From IMG/VR virus record IMGVR_UViG_3300027997_000002: a DNA stretch of 64,000 nucleotides; one strand, 5' to 3'. Positions within the stretch are counted from its first letter, which is position 1. Every line of letters starts with the position of its first letter. A model generated the notes under the pieces. It did no database searches. It was not told where the DNA came from and saw nothing but the letters and a program-made list of their open reading frames with translations. Shown here piece after piece: positions 33,928-43,626 of this stretch. The position numbers were made by a program, and so were the translations under genes. Source of the stretch: a virus.

Positions 33928-35742
33928 GTGCATTCCGACGTCGCGACCCAGTTCCTATCCACGCTCGACTTCGAGGGTCGAGCGGATGCGCAGTGGACCT
34001 TCCAGACCTTCCCGGACAACAAGGAGGCCCAAAACGGCGGCCCATCGCTGACACGGATCTTCCACTCGCCGTTTCGACGGATCGCCAGCTTCCTCGACCA
34101 GCTCAACGGCCTGGGCGCCGGGATCTTCGCGTGCATGGCCGTCACCGACGGGCTCGGGCGCCGGACCGAAAACTGCATCGCGCCGCGAGCTGTGTTCCTG
34201 GACTTCGACGACGTCGAGCCGCCTTCGGGGATCGGCGCGCTACCACCGACGCTGGTGGTCCAGTCTGGCCGCGGCAAGCACGTCTACTGGGCGCTTGAGC
34301 CGGACCAGGACTTCCGCATCTGGCGCGTGGTCCAAGAGCGCCTGGCGCGGAAGTTCGGCGCCGACCCGGCCTGCCACGACCCGCCGAGGGTGATGCGCAT
34401 CCCCGGCTTCGACCATCGCAAGGCCGAGCCCAGGCTCGTCACCATCGAGCTCGCGCAGGCCGGCCCACGCTACACGCTCGACGCGATCGTCGCGGCGTAC
34501 GCGATCTCCTTCGAGCCACCCAGGCGGCCGGCGCCAGCCCCCACCGGTGACCACGAGCTGGACGAGCGCCAAAAGCGTTGCGAGGCCTACATGGAGCACG
34601 TCGAGCCCGCGATCGCGGGCGGCGGCGGATGGTTCCACACCTCCAACGCCTGCGGCATGGGCGGCGACTTCGGGCTCACCACGGACGAGTTTTGGCCGAT
34701 CCTGCTGCGCTGGAACGACCGCTGCCAGCCACCCTGGGAGGAGGAGGAGCTGCGCAAGAAGCTGGAGGCGATCCACGCCCGGCGCGACAAGGCCTTCGGC
34801 TACCGCCTGGAGGAGCCCGGACGAGAGGGGGGTTTCTCAGGGTCCCGGACGCATAGCGGCTACACCCGTGGCGACGAGCCTCCGCATCCAGCCGAGGGTG
34901 CGGTCGAGCCCTATGGGCTCAGCGAGGCTCCTACTGCGTCTGACGACGGGGTCGACCACGGCCCCACCTACGAGCCGCCTGAAGAGATCGCCCCACCTAT
35001 CGGGACACCCGAGCCCACCCAAGATGCGCAGCCGAGTGGGATCGTTGGGAAAAAGCGGGACAACTATCCGGCCAAGTCGGCCAAGCCGGACATGCCCGAC
35101 GACGTCCCCCCGCCAGCTCCTCCTGATGGCACTGGCGACATAGGCGACGTCGGCGATGGCATCGTGGCGTTTCGCGTCAGCCGCCTGCGCAAGCTCAACA
35201 CGGTGCCCCCGGTCTACTACTTCGAGATCGACGGTGCGGAGGAGCTCAAGCTCACCATCGACGAGCTGCTCAGCCCCAAGCTGTTCAAGAAGCGTTTTGT
35301 GGCCCGGTTGGACCGGCTCCCAGGGATCCCGCGAGGCAAGGGGGCCGAGGAGATCTGGGACGAGCTCGTGAGCGCATGGCTGAGCTTCGTCGTCGTGATG
35401 GACTGCCACCCAGACGACGGCTCCGACGAGGGCATGATCTTCCAGCTGCTCGACGAGATCCTGCAGACGATGGCGGTCGGCGAGCGCGTCGAGGACCTCA
35501 ACAGCGGTCGGGTCCTGCAGATCGACGCAACGACCTATGTCGCGAAGACGACCTTTCTGCGCAAGATGCTCAGCGACCGCTGGGGGGCCACGGTGGACGG
35601 GCCCCTCCTCCAGGCGCTGATCGCGAGAATGGACGGCGCGAGGTGCGGACAAAAGCGGTTCGGCAAGACCACGGTGCGCGTCACGTTCTTCAATCGCGCG
35701 GCCGACGCGCCCGACGAAGACCCCCAAAAAAAGTTGCTCTGA
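33928..35742 (+). CDS. RepB-type (AEP-like) DNA primase with PriCT-like domain
   Basis: WTFQTFPD, VFLDFDD, QSGRGKHVYW, DPACHDPPRVMRIPGFDH; WNDRCQPPWEEEEL; no P-loop in C-terminus. Confidence 0.85.
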   Translation: MHSDVATQFLSTLDFEGRADAQWTFQTFPDNKEAQNGGPSLTRIFHSPFRRIASFLDQLNGLGAGIFACMAVTDGLGRRTENCIAPRAVFLDFDDVEPPSGIGALPPTLVVQSGRGKHVYWALEPDQDFRIWRVVQERLARKFGADPACHDPPRVMRIPGFDHRKAEPRLVTIELAQAGPRYTLDAIVAAYAISFEPPRRPAPAPTGDHELDERQKRCEAYMEHVEPAIAGGGGWFHTSNACGMGGDFGLTTDEFWPILLRWNDRCQPPWEEEELRKKLEAIHARRDKAFGYRLEEPGREGGFSGSRTHSGYTRGDEPPHPAEGAVEPYGLSEAPTASDDGVDHGPTYEPPEEIAPPIGTPEPTQDAQPSGIVGKKRDNYPAKSAKPDMPDDVPPPAPPDGTGDIGDVGDGIVAFRVSRLRKLNTVPPVYYFEIDGAEELKLTIDELLSPKLFKKRFVARLDRLPGIPRGKGAEEIWDELVSAWLSFVVVMDCHPDDGSDEGMIFQLLDEILQTMAVGERVEDLNSGRVLQIDATTYVAKTTFLRKMLSDRWGATVDGPLLQALIARMDGARCGQKRFGKTTVRVTFFNRAADAPDEDPQKKLL

Positions 35743-35753
35743 CGGTGCTCCCC

Positions 35754-35875
35754 TATACGCGCGTAGAGAAGTGAGCACAGATGTAAATCCCTTACACTTC
35801 TGTTCAATATGTCGCTTCACTTGATATTTGCTTCAACATCACAGTTCAACTCCTAGTCCTACGCGCGCCTATAAT
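35754..35875. other. Candidate replication origin / helicase promoter
   Basis: ~90-bp AT-rich core with TTCA repeats bracketed by inverted CGCGCGTAG/CTACGCGCG; TATAAT at 35870-75. Confidence 0.5.
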
Positions 35876-35926
35876 ACCGAAGCAAACGCGTGACACGCGC
35901 TGCTTCAAAATGGCCCGGCAAGTACC

Positions 35927-37720
35927 ATGCCGAAGCAGCGTACCAACTGGCACCTCATCCTCGGTCCGCCCGGTACCGGGAAGACATTCACGCTCCTCGC
36001 GCACATCGAGGGCGCCCTCGGCGACGGGTGCGCACCCGACGCGATCGCCTTTATGAGCTTCACGAAAGCAGCTTGTCGTGAGGCAAAGGAGCGTGCAATG
36101 CGCAAGTTCAAGCTCGACCGTGAGGCGCTGATCTGGTTTCGAACGATCCACTCGGCAGCCTTCAAGCTCATCGGCGCCTCAATGGACGACATGATGCGCA
36201 AGGACGACTGGGCCCAGTTCTGCGAGCGCTACGGGTACGACCTGTCGGACAACCGGGGATCTCTCGAGGACGACATGGAGACCGTGCTGCGCACCGATGA
36301 TGACGAGCTCATGGCCGCCATGAACTGGGGACGCAGCCGGATGCTCGACCTCGACCGCACCGCCGCCCAGGCTCCCTTCGACATACCGGTGCCGCGCTTC
36401 ATGCTGTTCGCCGAGCGCTACAACGGATTTCGGGAGGAGACCCACAAGCTCGACTTCTACGACCAGCTCGAAGGGGCACTGCGCATGGACGCCAGACCCC
36501 ACGTCGAGATCGCCTACGTCGATGAATCTCAGGACTTGAGCCCTCTTCAGGTGGCGCTCGTCGAGAAGTGGTTTGGGCCTTGTCGCCGGGTCGTCGTGGC
36601 CGGCGATGACGACCAGGCGATCTACGGCTTCCAGGGGGGCACGCCCGATTGGCTACTGCTACTCGAACGCGAGTGCGAACGCGTCCAGGTGTTGGAGCAG
36701 TCGTACCGCATCCCAGCTCGCGTGCATCGGCTAGCGGAGGGCATCATCGGTCAGAACCGAAAGCGTGTGACCAAGAGCTACCGGCCACGGGCCGACGCCG
36801 GCGACCTGGAGGTCATGGAGCTCGACGGCGCCTTGCGTGACATCGACACCCGCAAGAAGACGCTCGTGCTCGCGCGCAACTGGGCATTCCTCAAGGAGGC
36901 CGCGAACGCACTCGCCGACCTGGGCATCGCGTTCGACGGTGGCGCACGCAAGGGATGGAGCCCGCTTGGTCACCCGACCGTGGTAGATGCGTACAGGGCC
37001 GCTCGCAAGATCCAGCAGCGCAAACCGGTGGATGCGGTCGAGTTGCGGGCGCTGTTCAAGCAGATCCCGTCGAAGACCAAGGACACCCCGGGTCTCGCTC
37101 GCGGGCTCAAGAAGCGCGCGAGGGAGAACAAGGGCCCGGTGACAGTCGATGGCCTCATCAAGGACTGGGGGCTCCGCGACCTCGTCGAGGTCATCGACAG
37201 GGACGGTGCCGGAGCACCACTCGTCAAAGCAAAGCCGGAGATCTGCAAGCGCATCGAGCGGATCATCGATCGCTACGGATTCATCCCGGACCGGCCGCTC
37301 ATTCGCATCTCGTCGATCCACGGGGCAAAGGGACGAGAGGCCGACGTCGTCATCCTCCTCTCCGATATGTCGCGCGCCACGTACGACGCGTTCGTGTTCG
37401 GGGAGACCGAGGCCGAGCGTCGCGTCGCCTACGTCGGTGTCACACGAGCCCGCGAACGGCTAATCGTCGTGCGTCCCTGGACCGAGCGCTTCTTCCCATA
37501 TGCCGAGATGGTTCGTGAGACCTTGGCGATCGAAAACATCCTGGCCGGTGCCGAGCGTTACGAGCCCGAGGTCGAGGGGCACGTCGTCGACCTCTGGCTC
37601 TCGTGCGCATCCGAGGACGCCATCTTCGGCTACCGCAAGGTTGTGGGAAAGCTGAGATCGAAGGGGCTCCAGCCAGTCGACGCGCGCTGGGCGTCGTACA
37701 TGCAACACAAGGGACTCTAG
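35927..37720 (+). CDS. UvrD/Rep-like superfamily 1 helicase
   Basis: GPPGTGKT, DESQD, GDDDQAIY, LEQSYR, SIHGAKGRE, YVGVTRAR. Confidence 0.92.
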   Translation: MPKQRTNWHLILGPPGTGKTFTLLAHIEGALGDGCAPDAIAFMSFTKAACREAKERAMRKFKLDREALIWFRTIHSAAFKLIGASMDDMMRKDDWAQFCERYGYDLSDNRGSLEDDMETVLRTDDDELMAAMNWGRSRMLDLDRTAAQAPFDIPVPRFMLFAERYNGFREETHKLDFYDQLEGALRMDARPHVEIAYVDESQDLSPLQVALVEKWFGPCRRVVVAGDDDQAIYGFQGGTPDWLLLLERECERVQVLEQSYRIPARVHRLAEGIIGQNRKRVTKSYRPRADAGDLEVMELDGALRDIDTRKKTLVLARNWAFLKEAANALADLGIAFDGGARKGWSPLGHPTVVDAYRAARKIQQRKPVDAVELRALFKQIPSKTKDTPGLARGLKKRARENKGPVTVDGLIKDWGLRDLVEVIDRDGAGAPLVKAKPEICKRIERIIDRYGFIPDRPLIRISSIHGAKGREADVVILLSDMSRATYDAFVFGETEAERRVAYVGVTRARERLIVVRPWTERFFPYAEMVRETLAIENILAGAERYEPEVEGHVVDLWLSCASEDAIFGYRKVVGKLRSKGLQPVDARWASYMQHKGL

Positions 37721-37935
37721 CCGCCGGCGTCCCCGAGCGCAGTGTCGAACTCCTCGAAGTCCATCGAGACCATCCGCGCCCTGGGTACCATGTCGTCGTT
37801 CGCCGGGTCGCCCAGCTCGCTGAGCTCCAACTTGTCCGCCACGCGATCCATCAGCCGGGCGGCCTTGCGCATGAGCGCCTTCTCCTCGCGAGTGAAGACT
37901 GGGATGGTTCCGTCCGGGGTCCGTTTGATTCGCAT
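37717..37935 (-). CDS. Small hypothetical protein
   Basis: 72 aa, convergent with helicase. Confidence 0.45.
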   Translation of the reverse strand: MRIKRTPDGTIPVFTREEKALMRKAARLMDRVADKLELSELGDPANDDMVPRARMVSMDFEEFDTALGDAGG

Positions 37936-37977
37936 GCGCAGGAGTGTCTCGAGTCAGCGCGAGCTCGAGAACCCCCT

Positions 37978-39177
37978 TTATGCGTCAGCACCCTCGCGCA
38001 CAGCGTCGACCGCCTCGCGGAGCTGTTCGAGCGTCTCCTGCTGCTCGTCGTCGAGGATCGTCCAAAGCGGCGCGATCTTCTCGATGCGCTTGTTGAGCGC
38101 GTCCCAGGCCGCGAAGAAGTCCTCGTCGGTCTGCGAGCTGAAGACGGCCTTGAGCAAGCGCAGCTCGGGCTTGCGGAGGGCGTCCATGATCTCAAACCAC
38201 TGCTCCGGCAGGATGAGCGTCCCAATGTAGCGAGCTGCCTTTGCCAGCGGCTCGTTATCGTCCTCAGCGTCGGCCGAGCCCTGCTCCTCCTCGGCCACGC
38301 CACCGGCTTGCACAGTGACGCCGCTTTTAGGCTGGACCTCGACCACCTCATCATCGTCGTCGCCGAAGAGGCCGTCGAGTATGGATGATGCGCTCCCGTT
38401 GGCACCTTGCTTGGCAATGTGCGCTTCGAACTGGGCCTTCCCCTTTGTGAGCACCTTCCCGAACATCGCGAGCATCTTGTCGCTGCGTCGCGTCTTGAAC
38501 TTCATCTCGGCGTCGATCTGCTTGGCGTCGAACATGGCCTGCATGTTGGCGTAGGAGGTCTGCCAGCCCGAAAGCGCAACAGAGCCCATGTACGCCATCA
38601 GGTTCTGCAACGGCTCGATCGCCTGATTGTTGAGCTGCGACATTTCGAGTACGCGTGCGAGTAGCCTGTCCTGCCACTCGCGGTCGTTGGTGATGACGCT
38701 CAGCATCGCATTATTACGCTCGCGCTCGGTCTCGAGCTGCATCTGCATGCGCATGTGCTCCATCTCGGCCGGGCTCATGTACGGCGCGGAGTCCTCGAAG
38801 CCTCCCTCCTGGTCGAGCTGGATGACGTAGCTGAACCGCGACTTCTTACGAGTCGCCTTCGTGTCGGTGCGCTTGTAGCAGTAGACGCGAAACAGCAGGC
38901 GCGCGCCGGGGGTCTCGGCCTGCTGCTCGGCCGCGTGCTGCATCATGATGCGGAAGACCGCGACCGCTACGTCGTCGAAGTCCTCGCTCGGGTCGTCGTT
39001 TTCTTTTGCGCACTTGAGCGAGATCGCGTTGAGCGCCGGCTCGTTGTCCTCGGCGGTGACCCGGCAGACCGAAATGCTGTAGCAGCCGGTCCACCGTCGT
39101 TCCAGCTCGCGGCGCAAGTCGTCGGGAACAATGGGTTCTTCGTCGATTTCTTCGCTGATCTGGTACTTGATGCGCAT
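37978..39177 (-). CDS. 399-aa acidic coiled-coil protein, divergent from the structural operon
   Basis: Met/Gln-rich heptads, acidic linker, helical C-domain. Confidence 0.7.
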   Translation of the reverse strand: MRIKYQISEEIDEEPIVPDDLRRELERRWTGCYSISVCRVTAEDNEPALNAISLKCAKENDDPSEDFDDVAVAVFRIMMQHAAEQQAETPGARLLFRVYCYKRTDTKATRKKSRFSYVIQLDQEGGFEDSAPYMSPAEMEHMRMQMQLETERERNNAMLSVITNDREWQDRLLARVLEMSQLNNQAIEPLQNLMAYMGSVALSGWQTSYANMQAMFDAKQIDAEMKFKTRRSDKMLAMFGKVLTKGKAQFEAHIAKQGANGSASSILDGLFGDDDDEVVEVQPKSGVTVQAGGVAEEEQGSADAEDDNEPLAKAARYIGTLILPEQWFEIMDALRKPELRLLKAVFSSQTDEDFFAAWDALNKRIEKIAPLWTILDDEQQETLEQLREAVDAVREGADA

Positions 39178-39180
39178 TTT

Positions 39181-39315
39181 GGTTCCTGGAAGTCGTTCCC
39201 GAAATCGTTCCAATATTCCAGGTCATCCCGGAACGCTACAATACGTAGCATAGAAAGACACCATTTAGAGCATAGAAAAACGCTCCAAATACGGTGTTTG
39301 CAATGGGGCTAAACC
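39181..39315. promoter_or_regulatory. AT-rich divergent control region of the main structural operon
   Basis: AGCATAGAAA at 39247 and 39269 (22-bp spacing); TCGTTCC twice at 12-bp spacing. Confidence 0.55.
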
Positions 39316-39885
39316 ATGTTCCAGACTACTGCGCAGGTCGCCGGTGCTCGGTGGCCGCAACAAAAGCAATCTTTGACCGCGATGCGGGAGTCGAAAAGCG
39401 GCATGAAAAAGTCAAGCACTCTCAACGAGCTCAGCAAACCCCAGGTCATCGACCTCCTGCACCGGGTGCGCAGCAAGTCCAAGAACCTCAAGCAGAACGC
39501 ACAGAGGCTCACGAACCGGGTTCTAGGGGCGGCCATCGCGGCGGGCACCGGATACGGCCTCGGGTATTGGATGGGCGGCATGCGTCACGAGAAGGAAACC
39601 ATTCTCAAGACTGCAGGACTCGATCCAAACACGACGACCCCCGAGCAGGCTGACGCTGCTCTCGAGGCGGCCGGCGGAGATCCCACCCAGTGGTTCGGCG
39701 TTAACAAGGACATCGTGGTCGCGGTCGGTCTCACCGGCGTTGCGCTCACGGGCCTTGCGGGCGATGCCGACCGCTCGACGGTGGGCATGGTCGTCGAGCA
39801 CGCTGCGGCGGGCTCGCTGGGCGCGGCGTTCTACGGCGCCGGGCTCGACAAGGGCTACGACAGCTCGATTAGCGAAGCTGCCTAG
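39316..39885 (+). CDS. Major membrane/core protein candidate with three Gly/Ala hydrophobic helices
   Basis: Basic N-terminus then GAAIAAGTGYGLGY, VAVGLTGVALTG, AAGSLGAAFYGAG; first gene of operon. Confidence 0.65.
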   Translation: MFQTTAQVAGARWPQQKQSLTAMRESKSGMKKSSTLNELSKPQVIDLLHRVRSKSKNLKQNAQRLTNRVLGAAIAAGTGYGLGYWMGGMRHEKETILKTAGLDPNTTTPEQADAALEAAGGDPTQWFGVNKDIVVAVGLTGVALTGLAGDADRSTVGMVVEHAAAGSLGAAFYGAGLDKGYDSSISEAA

Positions 39886-40044
39886 CTGCGCGCACCAGGT
39901 CTTTGCTCAAGCGTCCGAGGAGTGCCCAACGGGTTCGCCCGTGTCCTTAGAGGATGAGAGGCCGAGGTGGTGACGCTGGTGAGCCGAGTTGGGGGCTCAG
40001 GATCCCGACGCTTCCGTCAAACGTCGAAACAAAAGGCAACGGCA

Positions 40045-40770
40045 ATGCAGAATCTGCAGAGCTACCAGAAGATCCACGCACGCATGAGCGAGCGTGTTTC
40101 AATCCACCGCGAGCTCGGCCAAGGGAACATCATTGGTGTTCACGGCGGTCGACACCTGTACCACGGGCGTACGTTCAACTCCCCCAAGGAGAAGGCAGCG
40201 TACCTCCAGTCGGCCACGCACGCGCGCATGGCCAAAAGTGGTGCCGGCCAGCGCAAGACCGGGCCGGTCGGCGCGGTCGCTCCGGGAAGCGGAAGTCCCG
40301 GTGAGGGTCCCCGTGCGCTCACGGGTCGGTACGATCTACCGCCCCAGGACTGCACGATCCACGGGATCGTGACGATCGGCGACTCGTCGATCGCAATCGG
40401 TGCGGACGGTCAGGTGACCGTTGGCTCCGGCAGCTGTCGCTGCATGACCACGAAGTTCATGCAGGCCGCTGCGTACCGTGCGTCGGACTCGGATGCAACC
40501 AACCTCATCGAGGACTGCTCTCCGTGCCCGGTGCTGCTGGTCAACTCGCGTAGCGGGGTGTTTCCGAACAAGCTCGATATCCTGATTGGTGCTGCGTTCA
40601 CCTTCACGGACATCGATCAGGCGCCGCTCAACTGCGCAAACTGGCACAGCTTCTCGTCGATCACGGGATGCCAGCTCACTTTGGACTGGCGAAACATCAT
40701 CGACGACGGTGCGATCCATGTCCTCATGAAGATGTACGTCATCTGTGAGGGCGGCTGCTGCGACTTCTAG
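40045..40770 (+). CDS. Capsid protein candidate: basic arm + single jelly-roll-like domain
   Basis: ~95-aa basic/Gly arm then ~145 aa of alternating beta strands ending LTLDWRN...IHVLMKMYV; upstream GTG 39967 possible. Confidence 0.5.
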   Translation: MQNLQSYQKIHARMSERVSIHRELGQGNIIGVHGGRHLYHGRTFNSPKEKAAYLQSATHARMAKSGAGQRKTGPVGAVAPGSGSPGEGPRALTGRYDLPPQDCTIHGIVTIGDSSIAIGADGQVTVGSGSCRCMTTKFMQAAAYRASDSDATNLIEDCSPCPVLLVNSRSGVFPNKLDILIGAAFTFTDIDQAPLNCANWHSFSSITGCQLTLDWRNIIDDGAIHVLMKMYVICEGGCCDF

Positions 40771-40822
40771 TCGCATTCTTGCGCACGGGCTCGACGTGGG
40801 TCCGTGCGCATACGGAGTCTCC

Positions 40823-41701
40823 ATGAAGCCAGTCCCCGAAATCTTCCCAGGCGGCGCCAAGCACATGCCGGGCGACCCGCACAGCAAGCTCGGGGTCTCC
40901 AGGCAGTGCGCAAACGGGCAGGCGCGTCTCGTTTTCGCGCAGTACAACGCCGATCCGCTCTCGACTGGCACGTCGTCACCGGTGCCGCCGTTCAAGGTCG
41001 ATCAGATGATCAAGGCGGAGTACGTCGGCGAGGGCGAAAACATCCTGCCGTGGATCGTCAACCTGTGGGCATTCGAGGTCGAGCGCGTCGCCGGACTCGG
41101 CGCGCCGGTGAACCCCCTCGGGCTTTCGGAGATTCGGCGCGGCAGCATCTTCTCGCGCTACAAGGCGCGCGTCGAATGGGGCGGCGGAAACATTCGCGAC
41201 GTAGACTTCGGCCAATCGTTCCGCATTTCGACGCCGTCGCGGTTCATCACGGTGTCGACGTTGCTGCCGCCAAACAATGCGTCGTTCGTCAACCCGGAAC
41301 CCGGGAATCCGAATCAGCCGTCGCTCGCCGGCGTCGTCACCGACACGCTGTTTGGCGTCGAAGTCCAGCCAACGACGTCGCTCGTGGGGCGACCGGGCGC
41401 AACCCATACGCAGACGATCACGATCCCGCAGACCGTTGTCGACCAGTTCATCGCATTGCCGCCCGGCACCCGGAGCGTGTCGATCTATCAGACCGGGGTC
41501 GGTGATCCGATCACCGGTTTTTGGTCGCTCACGAGCACCCCGGCCGCGGTCGCGTTCAATCTCGGCTCCGTTGTCGTCAGCGGAGCCGACCTGCGTGCGC
41601 TCGATCTCATTCGCCCTGGCAATGCGGAGGGCATTGCAACCGGTCCGGCCGACATCGACGACGATCGCGTCATCACCGTTGTCTCTCACCTGGAGATCTG
41701 A
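40823..41701 (+). CDS. Capsid/vertex protein candidate with two beta-sandwich halves
   Basis: 292 aa, nearly all-beta pattern, RBS GGAG. Confidence 0.5.
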   Translation: MKPVPEIFPGGAKHMPGDPHSKLGVSRQCANGQARLVFAQYNADPLSTGTSSPVPPFKVDQMIKAEYVGEGENILPWIVNLWAFEVERVAGLGAPVNPLGLSEIRRGSIFSRYKARVEWGGGNIRDVDFGQSFRISTPSRFITVSTLLPPNNASFVNPEPGNPNQPSLAGVVTDTLFGVEVQPTTSLVGRPGATHTQTITIPQTVVDQFIALPPGTRSVSIYQTGVGDPITGFWSLTSTPAAVAFNLGSVVVSGADLRALDLIRPGNAEGIATGPADIDDDRVITVVSHLEI

Positions 41702-41704
41702 CGC

Positions 41705-42214
41705 ATGCTGTTCGAGTTTCGCTTCCGACTAGAGGGTCACGAACAGTGGAACAAGCAATACATCGTCAATCTGTGCGATGGCCTGGTCCAGATGAACGTG
41801 GCCATGATGAACGCGGAGCCCGACCTCTATCCGCACTGCCTCGGCTGCGGCGGTATTCGTTACGTCGATGCGCCCACGTGCTTCATCAAAACGGGCGGAC
41901 GCTACAAACCGCTTCCGCAGTGTCAGCCGGTCAACGCCGCCAACATCTTGGTGAAGCTCAAAAAGGGGACCTGCCTCGATCTGTCCTGTTTTTTGTGCGC
42001 TCTCAAGCGTCACCGAGGCGATCCCGGTGCGCACATCCTCATCGACGACCAGTACGACTCGTACGAGCGCCCGGTCGACGGCAAGTTTCACATGACGGTG
42101 ATGGACAGCCTCGGTCTCCATCACGATGCGCAACAGCTCGCGCTCGCCGGAGGATGCGACCAGCAAGCGCACTACAACGTTCCGGATCAGCACGCCCCCA
42201 TCGGGGGCTCGTGA
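41705..42214 (+). CDS. Transglutaminase-like cysteine protease candidate
   Basis: KGTCLDLSCFLCAL (GDCDD-like Cys helix) ... FHMTV (His) ... HDA (Asp). Confidence 0.55.
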   Translation: MLFEFRFRLEGHEQWNKQYIVNLCDGLVQMNVAMMNAEPDLYPHCLGCGGIRYVDAPTCFIKTGGRYKPLPQCQPVNAANILVKLKKGTCLDLSCFLCALKRHRGDPGAHILIDDQYDSYERPVDGKFHMTVMDSLGLHHDAQQLALAGGCDQQAHYNVPDQHAPIGGS

Positions 42215-42263
42215 GGCAGTAGGTAACCCGGGGCCGGTCGGCCTCACCGAAAGGAACAGGAGA

Positions 42264-42560
42264 ATGCTCCCAGCCATCATCAAAGTCGCCGCCGTCATCG
42301 GTGGAACCGTCTTCCTCATGAAGAAGAAGCGCAAAAAGGGCGCCGTCGGCAACTGCAGCAAGTGCGGTAAGCGAAGCCGTAGTCTCCAGCGCAAGCAGGG
42401 AATGGTCGGCGCGTGCTGCTCGAGCTGTGCGCACGGCCATAGCTGCGAGTCCGAGGAGGAGGAGGGGCCCGTCGCTGGCGCCAAGCAGGGCGATTCGTAC
42501 TGGGACAAGTTCTACGGCATGGCGCGGATCGGGAGCTCGTTCCGCCGGCGGAGGTCCTAG
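42264..42560 (+). CDS. Single-pass protein with CSKC and CCSSCAHGHSC motifs
   Basis: TM + KKKRKK; RBS AGGAG. Confidence 0.65.
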   Translation: MLPAIIKVAAVIGGTVFLMKKKRKKGAVGNCSKCGKRSRSLQRKQGMVGACCSSCAHGHSCESEEEEGPVAGAKQGDSYWDKFYGMARIGSSFRRRRS

Positions 42561-43007
42561 ATGAGCGCGCCTGTTGGTAGACGCTTCCGCACTCGCGGGA
42601 GCGTGGGGGCATTGCGCTCGGTCGTCTCCTTCTACAACACGTCGCCGGGGCTGCCGGGGAAGTACCCTTCGCACTACTTCACGGAGATGACGCCGCCGCC
42701 TCAGCAGCAGGCGATCCAGTTCCTGACCAAGGAGCCGATCATGAAGATACCGGTGGAGCCGACTGTGCCGGCGACGCCGCCACACGGATGGATGCTCCAA
42801 CGTGAGCAAACGGCGACGCCCGCTAACAGGGTGCCAATCGTCTTCGAAATCGACGAGGGCCCGCGCAGCTCGCAGCACCCCAGCTCGTCGAGGACGGGGA
42901 CCGGCGGCTTCGACGTAGGCCCCACCCCATCCATGAGCCAATCCGCGACCAGACATCGTCGCAACCTGCGTCGGCTTGCCGGCGAGCCGGGCCTGGGAGG
43001 CCCTTAG
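42561..43007 (+). CDS. Pro-rich hypothetical protein
   Basis: TAG-ATG junction. Confidence 0.5.
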   Translation: MSAPVGRRFRTRGSVGALRSVVSFYNTSPGLPGKYPSHYFTEMTPPPQQQAIQFLTKEPIMKIPVEPTVPATPPHGWMLQREQTATPANRVPIVFEIDEGPRSSQHPSSSRTGTGGFDVGPTPSMSQSATRHRRNLRRLAGEPGLGGP

Positions 43008-43011
43008 ACCA

Positions 43012-43152
43012 ATGAAAGCCATCAAGATCCTCAACCGCGGCCAGCTCCGCCAAAACCAAGAGGCCGTCGGCATGTGGATTCAGCGCAATCCCTTCGCCTC
43101 CGTCGGCATCGGCATACTTGCGACGCTGTTCATCTGCAAGCTGCTCAAGTAG
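43012..43152 (+). CDS. 46-aa single-TM NP-motif protein (not in ORF track)
   Basis: MKAIKILNRGQLRQNQEAVGMWIQRNPFASVGIGILATLFICKLLK. Confidence 0.55.
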   Translation: MKAIKILNRGQLRQNQEAVGMWIQRNPFASVGIGILATLFICKLLK

Positions 43153-43160
43153 GAGTCCAG

Positions 43161-43625
43161 GTGGCCCGCATCTCCAAGACGACCTACGTGGTCGGGGCAG
43201 TCGTCCTCTATGGAGGACTCTACCTCCTGTTCCGCAAGCCCTACAAGAAGCCCGGCTTCATCGTTCAGGGCAACTGCGATCACTTCAGCATCGCGCCGAG
43301 TGCGATCGGCCTGTACTTCCAGCGTGCCCAAGCGGCATTGAAAGCAGCGTTTCCCGACCTCCAGACGACCGACCAGATCGACGATCACACAGCCGAAGAG
43401 TACGGCTCCGTAATCATGAAGGCGGTCTTTCCGATGTGTCCGTGGCCGCCGCAAAAGGCCATCACGGTCGGCGGTCTGACCTGGGAGGACTACACCTCGA
43501 CCTTGCAGGAGTGGATTGACAAGGTCGGTGGACTCGAGGCCGTGGGCCCCGAGGCCCCGAGCGTCACAGAGCTGATCGCCCAGTTCTCGGGCGAGGTCAT
43601 GGGCCAGGCTGGAGGAGGCGAGTAG
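43161..43625 (+). CDS. Single-pass virion membrane protein (WPP family)
   Basis: GTG start after GGAG; TM; QGNCDHF; FPMCPWPP. Confidence 0.65.
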   Translation: MARISKTTYVVGAVVLYGGLYLLFRKPYKKPGFIVQGNCDHFSIAPSAIGLYFQRAQAALKAAFPDLQTTDQIDDHTAEEYGSVIMKAVFPMCPWPPQKAITVGGLTWEDYTSTLQEWIDKVGGLEAVGPEAPSVTELIAQFSGEVMGQAGGGE

Positions 43626-43626
43626 C

